Shown here: one piece after another, positions 11,652 through 23,367 of the stretch | How positions within the stretch are numbered: the first letter of the stretch is position 1 | Layout: each line of letters starts with the position of its first letter | Source: Lama guanicoe | Lineage: Eukaryota | Reading direction: 5' to 3' | Assembly: GCA_013239625.1 (NCBI GenBank) | Contig: MU053873.1 | Location: forward strand, 2,804,524 to 2,868,523 | Length of the DNA: 64,000 bases | The notes under the pieces: generated by a model | What the model saw: the letters and a program-made list of their open reading frames with translations, nothing else | Told to the model about the DNA's origin: nothing | The model's database searches: none | Position numbers and translations under genes: made by a program

Positions 11652-11718
11652 CTCCAAGAGATGCCACCAGGGTTCAGGAGCGTCAGCTTCACACCTGGAA
11701 TTTGCTCCTTTCCCCTAG

Positions 11719-11862
11719 ACCCTGCTCGACCAACAGGAGTTGCTCTGTGGACAGATCGCCGGGGTCGTCCACTGTATCTCCGACATTTCTGGCTCTCCCC
11801 TAACCTTCGTCCGTCTGCGGAAACTTAAGTTCGCCATAAAGGTTGACGGCGATTATCTTTGG
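11719..11862 (+). CDS. HPS4: HPS4 coding exon 3 ([17 protein letters not shown]...KVDGDYLW)
   Basis: cccctag|ACC ... TGG|gtaagt; 144 nt. Confidence 0.96.
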
Positions 11863-11975
11863 GTAAGTTTAACAGGCAGAACTGGTGCCAATGGGGTGGC
11901 CTCTACCGAGAGTCATTTGTCTTGGTGACGAGTGTTGTGATGCCGAGGCTTAGAAAGTAATACATGCACAGCTTG

Positions 11976-12910
11976 ATAACCGGAAAACCAAACCTAATCG
12001 AAAATGGGCAGAAGATCTAAACAGACATTTCTTCAAAGAAGGCACATAGATGGCCAAGAGGCTCATGAAAAGATGCTCAACATTGCTAATTATCAGAGAA
12101 ATGCAAATCAAAACTACAATGAGGTATGGTCAGAATGGATATCATTCAAAGGTCCACAAACGATAAATGCTGGAGAGGGTGTGGTGAAAAGGCAACCCTC
12201 CTACGCTGCTGGTGGGAATGTAAATTGGTGCAGCCATTATGGAAAACAGTATAGAGATTCCTTAAAAAACTAAAAATAGACTTATATGATCCAGCAGTTC
12301 CACTCCTGGGCATATATCCAGAGAAAACTAATTCAAAAAGACACATGCACCCCAATGTTCGTAACAGCACCATTTATGATAGCCAAGACATGGAAGCAGC
12401 CTAAGTGTCCATCGACAGATGACTGAGTAAAGATGATGTGGTATATGCACACAATGGAATACTACTCAGCCATAAAAAAGAATGAAATAATGCCATTTGC
12501 AGCAGCATGGATGGTCCTAGATATTATCATACTAAGTGAAGTCAGTGAGACAGAGAAAGACAAATATGTGATATCACTTATATATGGGCTCTAAAAAAAT
12601 GATACAAATGTACTTATTTACAAAACAGAAACAGACCTACAGACATAAAAAACAGTTATGGTTACCAAAGGGAGGGATAAATTAGGAATTTGGGATTAGC
12701 AGATACAAACGACTATGTATAAAACAGATAAATAACAAGGACCTACTGCATGGTGCAGGGAACTATTCTCAATATCTTATAATTACCTGTAATGAAAAAG
12801 AATATATATGTGTGTAACTGAATCACGGTGCGGGACACCAGAAACTAATACAACACTAAATCAACTACACTTCAGTAAAAAACACCACAAAGAACCATTA
12901 AAAAAAAAAA
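11976..12910 (+). mobile_element. 5'-truncated LINE-1 with complete 3' UTR and A-tail
   Basis: aatgggcagaagatctaaacagacatttc ... aaatcaactacacttcagtaaaaaa; ORF2-like peptides. Confidence 0.93.
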
Positions 12911-13269
12911 TTCCTTGACAGCCAGTGGTACCATATCCTCTAAAGTGCCGTTGTCTCACACCTATACTTATTTTAAACTTAGTCCTGAGCTGAGGGGATG
13001 CTTAAGTGTGAGGAAGTATCTTTACCTTTGTAGGTATTATTTCCAACACTTTTATTATGGAAGTTTTCTAACATCCCAGTTGGAAGAACTTTACAGTGAA
13101 TACTCACAGCCTCCTAGACTCTGCAGTGAACACTGCAGTCTAGTTGTTGGATCAGGCATCTGTCTGTTCACCCCTTATCAATCCAGATTTTATTTTGATG
13201 CTTTTCAAAGTCGCACACATGAGTATATGCCTGCCCCGCCCCCGCTACTTCATCATGCGTGACGTGCAC

Positions 13270-14820
13270 TCAAGTTCAGTATTTTTCTCTTTGGAGGTAA
13301 AATTTATTTACATATGATGAAATACACAAATCTCAAGGGTACTGTTTGATGCAGCTGGGTAAATGGCGCACCTGGGTAACACCAATCCTGTCCGGATACA
13401 GAGCATTCTCATCAGGCTGGGAAGCTCCCTGTGTCCATAATTCTACCCCTCCAATCCCAGGCAACCGCTGCCCTGAATTTGTCCATCACAGGTTGGTTTT
13501 GCCTGTTCTCAGGCATCATACGTGTGACATAACACGTGGGGCATCCCTCTGTGCAGGTTTCTGTCCTGCCACCTAACGTGTGTGGGATTCGTCCACGTTG
13601 TGACACATACCAGCGATTCATTCCTGTTTATTGTTGAACAGTATTCCATTGTCTGAATGTACCACGGTCTACTTATCCATTCTCCTTCTCTGGAAACATG
13701 AACTGTGTCCAGTGTGGGGCGTTTGACAGTAAGGCCCCAGGAACAGTCCTGTACAAGCCTTTTGTGGACACACGTTTTCATTGCTCACGGGTACACATCT
13801 AGGCGTGGAATTGGGTCACAGGGTAGGTGTATACTGATTTGATAAGAAACTGCCTGACTTTTCCCCTAAAGTGGTTGTACCATGTTATGTTCCCACCAAC
13901 AGCGTATGAAAATTCCAGTTACTTCCACATCCTCATCAGCCCTGACTGTTTAATTTTAGCCATTTTGCTGGATGTAAAGTGGTATCTCATGGTGGTTTTA
14001 ATTTGCATCTCCCCAATGACAAATGATACGAAGGCTTTTTCATATGCTTCATGGCCATTTGTATCTCTTCCTTTGAGAAGTATTTGTTCAAAGCTTTTGC
14101 CCATTTTTAAAATTGGGTCTTTTATTTTTTTGTTAAAATTGGGTTGTAGGATACTTTATACATCCCCTGGACGTCAGTTCTGTGTCAGATATAATTTAAA
14201 GCTATCTTCTCCCAGTTTTCAGTGTGCCTATTACGTTACTTAATGATGTCTTTTGATGAGCAGAAGTTTTTAATTTTATCTTTTATGGTTATTGCTTTTT
14301 GTATCCTGTCTAAACCCACTGCCTACCTCATTGGAGAAGACATTCTCCTAGTGGGTTTTTCTGTAAGTTTCATAGTTTTAGCTGTTGAATTTAGGTCTGT
14401 AATCCACCTTGGGTAAATATTTGTGTATGGTGTGACGCAGAGGTCAAAGGTCCTTTTTTTCCTACACGGACATCCAGTTGCTCCAGCACCATCGTTGAAA
14501 AACTTTCCTTTTCCTATTGAATTCCTGTGGCTCCTTTGTTGAAGATCAAATGACCATTTAGGGACGGCTCTCTTTCTGGGCTCTCGATTCCCTTTCATTG
14601 ATCTTTTTGAGGATTCTGTTGCAAGTACTACACTGTCTTGATTCCTGTAGCTTTGTATTAAGTCTTAAAATCCGATGATGGTTCCTTCTCCAAGACGGCT
14701 TTTGGATATAACAGGTCCTGTGTATTTCTAGCGTAGAATCCGTTTGTCAGTTTCTAAAGAAATACTGCTGGGTTGATTAGAGTTTCATTCAATCCACAGA
14801 TGAACTGGGGACAAAGTGAG
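13270..14820 (-). mobile_element. Old LINE-1 (L1M-type) fragment, antisense
   Basis: Minus-strand peptides such as [14 protein letters not shown] and PWYIQTMEYCSTI are L1 ORF2 relics. Confidence 0.88.
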
Positions 14821-15521
14821 CAGTGGCTGTGTGCCCGGCCACTGTCCACACCTGGGTTCCATCAGTGAACAAAGCAGACACCCCTGCCTCGGCTGAGTTA
14901 CGTTCAGAGGACGTTCTTTAATTTGTTTTCTGTCAGGATTTGTTTAAGGTTCTGATGATTCCCTTAGGAAAGGTTCCTACAGGTAGAATTAGCGGAGTCA
15001 AAGAATAGGAACTTTTTTCAGGCTCTTTAAACACATGGCCAGAGTCCTTTCTAACTGAGCGAGTGTTTATCTTCTGTGGAACTGAGCACCACACAGCATT
15101 CTGGGGTTCGAGAACTGTGTGTGGATTCAGTCCGTTCCCGTTCTCAAAGCACTCCATCCCGCTGGAGAGACCAGATGGCCATTCATGAAACACTGAGTCC
15201 AGCATTTGCAATAAAACACAAGTGAAAATTCAGCGTCCAAATAACAGTGCTCACAATACAGGGGACCAGGAAAGAGGTCAGCAGTGTTGGCTGGAGTGAT
15301 GAGAACAGACGTCCTGGTGTGCCAGAAGCCACTTTGGGCACTGGAGGGTTAGGGGGGCAGATTCAGGCTAGACCACTTGAGCAGGCTCAGAAAGTCTTTG
15401 CTTCCCTTGGAGACCAGCCCGGGTGGAGGGTACGGGGCCGCACAGCAGAAGATGGATTCTCGGGCTAGTGAGCCCTGGAGAAGAGGAGCATGCCTGGCCT
15501 CCTGGCCTCCCCCCCCTGCAG

Positions 15522-15629
15522 GTGCTGGGCTGTGCTGTAGAGCTCCCTGATGGCAGCTGCAAGCAGCTCCTGGACCAGCTCATCGGAGTCTTCACTTTTT
15601 ACAACGGACCTGTTTCTCTGGCTTACGAG
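15522..15629 (+). CDS. HPS4: HPS4 coding exon 4 ([36 protein letters not shown])
   Basis: ctgcag|GTG ... GAG|gtacga; 108 nt. Confidence 0.95.
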
Positions 15630-16024
15630 GTACGAGGGTGGCGCTGAGGAGTCTCACGGGGAAACCTCTTTAGCGAAACCGGTATTGCCAGAACACAGCC
15701 TTTACCCTGGGGCCTGGTGCGCTTTACATAAACACGCTGTGTCCCACGACAAGGTCACAGGCCCTGGGAGCCCCTGTCAGATGCCTTTCTTCCGTGGTGG
15801 CCTGATGTGCGTCCCTAGGCCCTCAGCCCCGGGATGGCTGGGAAGGCGCCCTGGCCTGGGGAGGCAGGTTGTCCGGGCAGGAGGTGGGCACCTCGCATGT
15901 TCAGAACAGGCTCTCCCTTCCGGCCAGTTTCCTGTGTGGGAACAATTGTGGCGGTAGTTGGAGTCCTTGCCGAAGAGTGTCTCTCAGCATCTCAGAAAGT
16001 GACCCCCGGCTGTTTCTGTTTCAG

Positions 16025-16141
16025 AGTGGCTCCCGGGAGGAACTGAGTGCCGGGTGGGACACCTTCATTGAACAGATTCTGAGCAACACCAGTGACCTGC
16101 ACAGGATATTCAACTCCCTTTGGAACCTGGACCGAACCAAG
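16025..16141 (+). CDS. HPS4: HPS4 coding exon 5 ([39 protein letters not shown])
   Basis: tttcag|AGT ... AAG|gtaaca; 117 nt. Confidence 0.95.
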
Positions 16142-17582
16142 GTAACAGGCTCAGGCCCCTGCTCATTGCACGCCCAGAATCAGGCTTCTGGGTGCTTGTC
16201 TTTGCCCTTAACTGAGCTCGGTCCCAGTCCGCGCGGTGGGTGAGCCCTGCGCTGCCCTTGCGAGCCGAGTGAGCTTGGAGAGCCGGGCTGCCTCTCAGAA
16301 CCACACCTTCCTTACCTATAAAATGGTCGCGTAAGACCTGCCTCCCAGAACTGTTTGGATGATGAAATGAGACAGTCCGCTGATGACAGAAAGTAGATGC
16401 TCAGGAAAGGGTGTTATCATTTTGCTAATGCCCCAGAAGTGCTGAGCTCAGGCACCTGAGGTCCCCGTCTCCATCTTTTCATTATGTGATTAAATTATTC
16501 TCGACGTCAGAAACGCCAGTGCTGACAGTTTACAGCCAGGGCTGCCGTATCCGGGAGCGGGGCTGGGACGTACTTTGTCTCTGGGCTGTTGCTTTTGCCG
16601 TCGGCAGGCAGTGGAAAGAGGCTGCCCGCGTAGCCGGTCTGCCTGCTGCTCAGTGGCCTTGATCTTGGTGAGCGTCATGTCCTCACTGTCCGGCAGCCAA
16701 AGAGTGGCGAGGCAGTGCCCCTTAAGCCGGGACTCCTGAGCCTCTCGGGTCTCGGGGGCTGGGCCTCGCTGCTGTGGTTGATGGTGTCCCTTTAACAGGG
16801 ATGTGGCACCGTGACTCTGAGAAATGGGGATGGGTTTTCCTGCTCCTGTGTGGGAGCTTCTTGGAGTCGGCCCCAGAGCTGTTCAGACCAGCTGGGCCGT
16901 GAAAGAATTAACCCACTTCGCATGGCATCAGCTCCGGCACGTGGCTCCCTAACACCCGGCTCTCACGGCTCCCGGGTCCTCACAGGTTCTGGCTGCACCA
17001 CAGGGAGCAGGAAGAGGCGTTGGTTATAGCTGGCCGTTCTTGACCAGGGTCAGATGCTTTTCTGCTCTTAGGAACTTTTTTACAAGGAGTGTGGACCGAG
17101 GCAGATCCCCCTGAGGGAAGACGGTGATGTTTTCATTTGATGTATGGAAGTGACAGGCCCTGGCCAGACATCAAGCCAGTGACACAGTGGGGCCTGGGCT
17201 TCGAGGGCAGGTGGAGGACAGGGTGGGTGGGTTCACCTCACCCCACGACCTGAATCTGAGGGGCGGGCCCCCCTCCTGCGGCCTCCTGGTCTCAGGGTTG
17301 ACAGTCCGGGTCTCCATGGCAATCTCCTCTGTCCCCTGTGGATATCTACATGGTGTATTCACTTCACCTTCTGGCTTCCAGAGAGGCCTCCTTGTTCCAA
17401 GAACTGGGCATTCTGTGGTGCAGCCATTCTGGGTATGAGGCGGGACACAGACGTTAGTTACCGTGCAGCACGCGCTCCTTCCGGGCTTGGGTCGGGACCT
17501 GTCCGCCTGCTCTGCAAAGCCCCTGCCCCTTCTGCCCTTGCTGACTGGGCTGAACCTGTGGCCTGCTTCCTGCCCGGCACAG

Positions 17583-17677
17583 GTGGAGCCCCTGTTGTTG
17601 CTGAAGGCAGCCCTCATTCTGCAGACCTGCCAACGCTCGCGCCACGTTCTAGCTGGCTGCATCCTCTACAAGGGACT
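17583..17677 (+). CDS. HPS4: HPS4 coding exon 6 ([32 protein letters not shown])
   Basis: gcacag|GTG ... CT|gtgagt; 95 nt. Confidence 0.95.
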
Positions 17678-19037
17678 GTGAGTACCGCCCGGTCCCTCTC
17701 CCCCACCCCACCCCCTGCTGCAGAACCGGCCATCCCGGCCACCTCCACAGCGTGGCTGGGAAGCTCCGCGTGGGGCCAGTTCCGGGTGGGCTTCTTTGGC
17801 AGACGTCACGTAGTTTAGCTGTGACTTAGGGTCCCTTCCTGTCTTTGCACAAGAAATTGGAAACAGTTTCGTCTGAAAAAGAGTCAGGAATATAAAAGGC
17901 GGTTTTGAAGAGGTCCATGAATTCCTCTGGTGGGGTCTGCCTTCGGACCGTCAGTTCGCACGCCCCGGGCTGCTGGGCACCAGCACCATCCGTAGAGGAG
18001 TGTGGAGGCCCTCCGCCCTGCGGCCCGGCGCCCCAGCGCGCTTGGCGCTGCATGCTGCTGCCCGGGCTCCTGCAGCCTCGCGGCCGGGTCCACCTTGGGC
18101 GAGCCTCTGGGATCTCACAGCACCTCTTCACACAGCTGGAGGGCCTCTTGGTGAGCCTGGGTGCCCCAGAGCCACTGCATGCCTCTGCCAGGCCTCATGG
18201 CAGCCAGAGGGCTGTTCTCCTGTGCCCAGAGTTCTCCGATGACCAGAGGGATGTGCCCTGGAGAAGTTTTCCAAGCACTCAGTTGGGTGGGGAGGCTCTC
18301 GGGCCTGACTGGCTGCTCTTCCTCACAGCCAGGGACCTTGAGCAAGTTGCTGAATCTCCACTCTCTCCCGGGAAGTGGGGATACTTGGTGGAGAAGGAAA
18401 TGAAATGAGCGACGGAGAAGGACAGGGCACAGTCCTGGCCCCCAGTGGCCCTCAGCCCATGAGCCCCTCGTCCCCTCCCCTGCCTTTCACTCTGATGGCT
18501 CTGAATCAGCCTGGGGCGCTGCCAGGCTCACCAGCAACATGGCATCAAAAATGGTTTTTTTCTTCCTGATTTTGCATCTCTTAGTTTGTTTTTTTTTAAA
18601 TTTTTTTTCTATTGAAGTATAGTTAGTTTACAATGTTGTGTAGTTCTGGTATATCTTAGTTATTTTTAAATTATACACCTAATGCATGAACACGTTCTCA
18701 AAAGTAAACCAAGAGGGAAACACACAGCACAGAAGAGTCCCCCTCGCCCCCCCCTCCCTCAGCCGTCCCCACGGGGAGCAGTTTGGGGAGCATCCTTCCT
18801 GTGTTCTCTGGGCTTTCACACACCTGCCCAGACAGGCATGTATTGACTGTTTATTTTTGCTCGTTATAAATGGGATCATATGGTCCTCCCCTTAACGTGT
18901 AGAGATTTCTCCATCAGTCCATGTCGGTCCACCTTGTTCTTGTAATGGGGTGTGTGTTTTTTGGTGTCACAGCTGTGTCATGATTAATTCACTCTCTTTT
19001 TGTAGGCATTTAAATTGCTTACCCCCTTTTTTTTTAA

Positions 19038-19235
19038 CATTTTTTTATTGAGTTATAGTCATTTTACAATGTTGTGTCAAATTCCAGTGTAGAGCAATTT
19101 TTCAGTTATACATGAACATACATATATTCATTGTCACATTTTTTTTTTTGCTGTGAGCTACCACAAGATCTTGTATATATTTCCCTGTGCTACACAGTAT
19201 AAACTTGTTTATCTATTCTGCACCTGCCTGTCAGT
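19038..19235 (-). mobile_element. Short L1 3'-tail insertion with target-site duplication (cccc-T-run-aa on both sides)
   Basis: ttttttattgagttatagtcattttacaatgttgtgtcaaattccagtgtagagc..., flanked by ccccct(t)naa at ~19022-19037 and cccct(t)naa at ~19236-19253. Confidence 0.75.
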
Positions 19236-19363
19236 CCCCTTTTTTTTTTTTAATGATTTTTACCATTTTTCCTGTAATGAATATCTTTAAGCACACACCT
19301 TGGTACAAGTCGTGTCCAAGGGTTTGGACATTTTAAACATCGCTGGGAACCAGAGAGCCCTCT

Positions 19364-19489
19364 GTGAGGGCTTTCCACGGCTCAGTCTTCTGCCAGCTAT
19401 GTCCCCGAGAGCCTGGTCCCCATGGGGTGAGGGCTTTCCACGGCTCAATCTTCTGCCAGCTGTGTCCCCGAGAGCCTGGTCCCCATGGG
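19364..19489. repeat. Tandem duplication, 2 x 63 bp, 2 mismatches
   Basis: gtgagggctttccacggctca(g/a)tcttctgccagct(a/g)tgtccccgagagcctggtccccatggg starting at 19364 and 19427. Confidence 0.95.
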
Positions 19490-19567
19490 GTGTTAGTAGC
19501 ATTTTCGATTCGGAGTCCTGAGTGTGCTGCTTCTCACGGTGTTCCTGTTCCTGTGTCTGACCTCCAG

Positions 19568-19640
19568 GATCGTTAGCACCCAGCTGCCACCCTCCCTCAC
19601 GGCCAAGGTCCTGTTCCATCCAGCTGCACCTCGGGACCAG
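19568..19640 (+). CDS. HPS4: HPS4 coding exon 7 (IVSTQLPPSLTAKVLFHPAAPRDQ)
   Basis: ctccag|G ATC ... CAG|gtatcg; 73 nt. Confidence 0.94.
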
Positions 19641-21028
19641 GTATCGTCCAGCCCACCCGCCTGGCTGGGGCACTTCAGCCAGTGGGTCTGTCTGTATCAG
19701 GCGAGGCTAATCCCCAGCGCTGGCTGGGTGGGGGTGGCTGCCACCTTGTCCTTCTCAGGACCCCAGGTCCGTCAGTGTGGTTCTCCTCAAGAGTGAGGTC
19801 ACTGGCAAGGCTGAAAGAAAATGTTTTCTTCTGCCTGGTAGCCTTGGCTAGTTGGTGTGTCAGCAGTCCGAGCGGAGCTGTGAGAATCTGACTTCCCTCA
19901 AGGATGGGCCTGATGTCAAGGAGATGTGGGAATTTTCAGGGAAAGACTGTAAGAGATGACTCAGGACAACAGAAACGTTTAAAATGCTTCCATCGTATAT
20001 TTACTTAGTTGCTTTTATAACGAAGGAAAAGTCACACACGCTCACTGGGAATAAAGCTGCCCACAGCTGGACCGCACGGCCCACAAGGCTGAACGTGCCC
20101 ACTGCTCGCCCTTTGCAGACTGGTCTGCCAGTTGCTGGTCAGAAGCAGGGAGACAATTAACTCACCTGCACCACTTTAAACTTCCTAAAATTTTAGCCAG
20201 CCATTTAAAATGGCCAAAGATGCTCTAATGACAGAAATTGCGTGTCACCCTTTCCAGCAGAAAAATAGAATCTTATATAATGTGGCCTCAAAGTATAAAA
20301 AAACGCATAGACTTAAAGGAAAACGGGCCCAGTGTTAACAGTGTTAGCTTGTGGGTGGGGGGAACAATACGTGATTTTTTTGAGAAGAATTTTCATCTCG
20401 AGTCAGCTTATGCAAAGAAACAAAGTTGTTTCATAGGAGTGAACGTCATTTTGGTTAGAAGAGTAGTTTTGGTTTTTTTGTTTTGTTTTGGTGGGTCCTT
20501 TTGGAACCCTTAGGTGGAGATGACTAGGAAGCCATTTTGAGAAAACTCTGGGGCTCCTCCCCTTGGCTATAAACCGCAGTGGGGGGTGGGGTGGGGCAGG
20601 GCACCTGGTTCAGGCTGAACCTGTCACGGCCCCAGGCCCTTCGGGCTTTTGTTACGTGGGACCTGTGTGAGCTCTGCGCCAGGGCTGCAGCAGACGTGGC
20701 TGTGTTCTAGGCAGGTTCTCCGAGGTCTAAAACAGAGCGTGGATGCTTGCTGTTAGGCCCAGAGAGGAGAAACAGAAACCAGAACGGAAAGCCTGCTGTG
20801 AGCCAGGGCACCCGCAGCCTGTGCGGGCCGAGGCACCCTCGACCCCGCGTCGGCGGTGAGTGGGCAGCTTAGGGGAGCATCTGCTCCATCTGCTCTGCCG
20901 TTGGCACATGGCTGGGACAAGCACTCCGGGCCTGGCGACGTTCTCGGAACAGATGGCACCGCACAGTCCTGCTGGTTGGGTCAGGAGAGAATGTGGCACC
21001 CAGCACCCTCTTCTGTATTCGTTTTCAG

Positions 21029-21065
21029 GGACCACCTCCAGGAGGGGACGCCCTGCAGGAAGGCG
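21029..21065 (+). CDS. HPS4: HPS4 coding exon 8 (GPPPGGDALQEG), 37-nt micro-exon
   Basis: ttttcag|GGA ... GGC G|gtaagt. Required to keep the frame between the neighbouring exons; resembles recalled human RLPTGEDAPQEH. Confidence 0.88.
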
Positions 21066-21729
21066 GTAAGTGGGAAGGACCTTGCTGCATCCTGAGGATG
21101 GTGTGTGAGCTGCCTGTCCCTGTTCAAGTCGTGCGAAAGGCCGAGTGGTCCCATGCAGTTATTCTATCGGTTGCTGAGACTGGGAAAGTAGGCCTTCCCA
21201 GACAAAGCTACCCGCCAGAATCCTAGTTGTGAAGCTCCTGATTTCAGGCGCACCTTTTAAGTCCCTGTTTTCAGATCCTCCTCAGCTCACCCTTATGGCA
21301 GTACTCATTCCAGAAGGTCACCATTGATTAGGACACAGTGAGACCAGTGGCGATTGCTGGCAAGGCCTTTGGCAGCATGTGGAGGTGCCCCGAAGAGGGC
21401 TGTTTTGTTTTATTTTGAAGCATAAGTTGGGGCGGATCCCTTTTGTCAGGTGGAAGTGCTTTTTTCCAACGTCTGTCTTCTTTTTAAGTGCCACTCAATT
21501 TTCTGCCCCAACTTGTCACCCCGGGAGCCCGGCTGCCCACGCAGGCTTTTGCTCACTAATCACGGAAATTGTAGCCGTTCTGTGGCTTCTGTTCCGGGCT
21601 GAGGAACGCAGCGGAGGGCTGCTCTCCCAGCTGGCCTGCGGGCCGGCTGCACCACCCCAGGAGCAGTTACTGCCCCCGGTCTTCTCTGGCCCAGGGGAAA
21701 GCCCTGTCCACGCTGCTTTGCAATTCTAG

Positions 21730-21826
21730 GAGCAGCACTTCCTCCAGATGTCCAAATCAGGCCTGTGTTCGTGACGGAAGAGGAAGCTGTCAGTCTCTAT
21801 GAGTTCCCCGGGGAGCCTGTGACCAG
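21730..21826 (+). CDS. HPS4: HPS4 coding exon 9 ([32 protein letters not shown])
   Basis: ttctag|GA ... AG|gtaggg; 97 nt. Confidence 0.93.
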
Positions 21827-22433
21827 GTAGGGGAGCTCAGGGGGTTCCCCTCAAACCATGCCTTGGGCTCCCCCTCCTGTGGGTTTATCCAGTGAGCCCC
21901 TGGCACGTCCTATCCTTCCATAATTCCATCTTCCCCACACTGTGCCTGGGAAGGGGCAGCTGGGGCTTCAGCATTCAGATAAGAGGCGTCTGGCACAGTG
22001 AGGCAAGTGTATGTTTCAGATCCCAGATCTGCTGCTTATCAGCCATGTGACCTTGGCAAGTCCATTCCCTGCCTGAGCTGTAGTTTTTCCCTCTGAAATG
22101 GGCCTGGTAAACATCTACTTCATGCGACCATCATGAAAGATGTAAATCGTATATGTGTAGCCCCCAGTATAGGGCCCGACTCAGAGCCGACCTCCAGACG
22201 CGGGTGTCTCTGATTCAGGTGGCTCTGCCGCTCCCAGTAGGTGATCCTGGTGTCACTGCATGAGCCCCAGGGATCAGGCAGTGCCTTATGTTTACTCCTG
22301 TGGTTTGACCATGACCTCTTAGGCTCTGTGGCCTCAAGCGTCCACTTGACACCAATGGTCATGCGTTTTAGGGAAGCCCTGCTGTAGTCTCCCCTGGGGA
22401 AGGGCCCTTCCTCATGCCTGCCTTGTTCGCTAG

Positions 22434-23367
22434 CACTCCTGCATCTGCAGCCAGACTCCAGGAGCCCTCTGCCCAGCACCCTCCAAAGGGTTGGAGCACA
22501 CCTGCCCCGAAAGAAAACAACCCTGGGCACACGGAAGCCATGGCCTGGGAGCTGGCGACCACCCCTGAGCCCACGACCCCTAACACAGTTTGGCCAGATG
22601 GCAGCGGGGAGAACGGACACTGGTGTGGCCGTGACTGGGAGAGCGTCGGGCCCGCAAAACCACGCCACTCCGCCCGGGGCCGGGGGCCTGGTCTCGGCCG
22701 CGCCCTGGTGAAGGAACCTGGTTTGTCCTGGGGGAAGGAGGAACTGGACTTGTCTGAAATCCACATTCCAGAAGCTCAGGAAACGGAAACCTCCTCAGGT
22801 TATTCTGCCTTCCCACATGTACGTGCCCCAGAGGGCGCCGGTCCTGGCTGCGAGGAGTCCGGCAGTGACTCTGGCAGCCCCGAGCCCAAGTCACCCAAGG
22901 CCCCGCCCGTGGGCACAGCCATCGGTGGCCTCCTCCCTCCCTCTGCTCCTGAGATGCTCATGCAGAATGGAGCCCAAGAATGGCTTGGACACCTCTCTGG
23001 TGACAGCAGCCAAGCCCCTGTTCCTGGGGAAGACCACCTCCTTGCAAGGACGAGCGGGCCGCTGCCAGCGTGTTGCTCAGACTCGGGGCAGACAGGGACA
23101 GAGCTGCCCGTGGGGGGCCAAGGGGAGGAGCAGCGCGATGACGGGGGTCCTGAGAGCTGCCCAGGCCCCGGCCCTGAATGCGACTCGGGCTCGGCAGACC
23201 CTCCTGGCGACGATCTCTCTGCGGACAGAACCGACTCCAGGTCAGCCCCGGCATCCAGCGTGGGCCTCGTGCGGATGAACCTCTACACTCACTGCGTTAA
23301 GGGGCTGGTGCTGTCCCTGCTGGCCGAGGAGCCACTGTTGGGAGACGACGCGGCCATCGAGGAAGTG
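22434..23367 (+). CDS. HPS4: HPS4 coding exon 10 (934 nt; low-complexity linker ending [35 protein letters not shown])
   Basis: cgctag|C ACT ... GTG|gtgagt; lies within ORF 22414..23721. Confidence 0.93.

Noticed and set aside
22120..22766. 214-aa and 132-aa minus-strand ORFs
   Set aside because: Antisense to HPS4 coding exon 10 and the adjacent intron; chance ORFs in GC-rich sequence.
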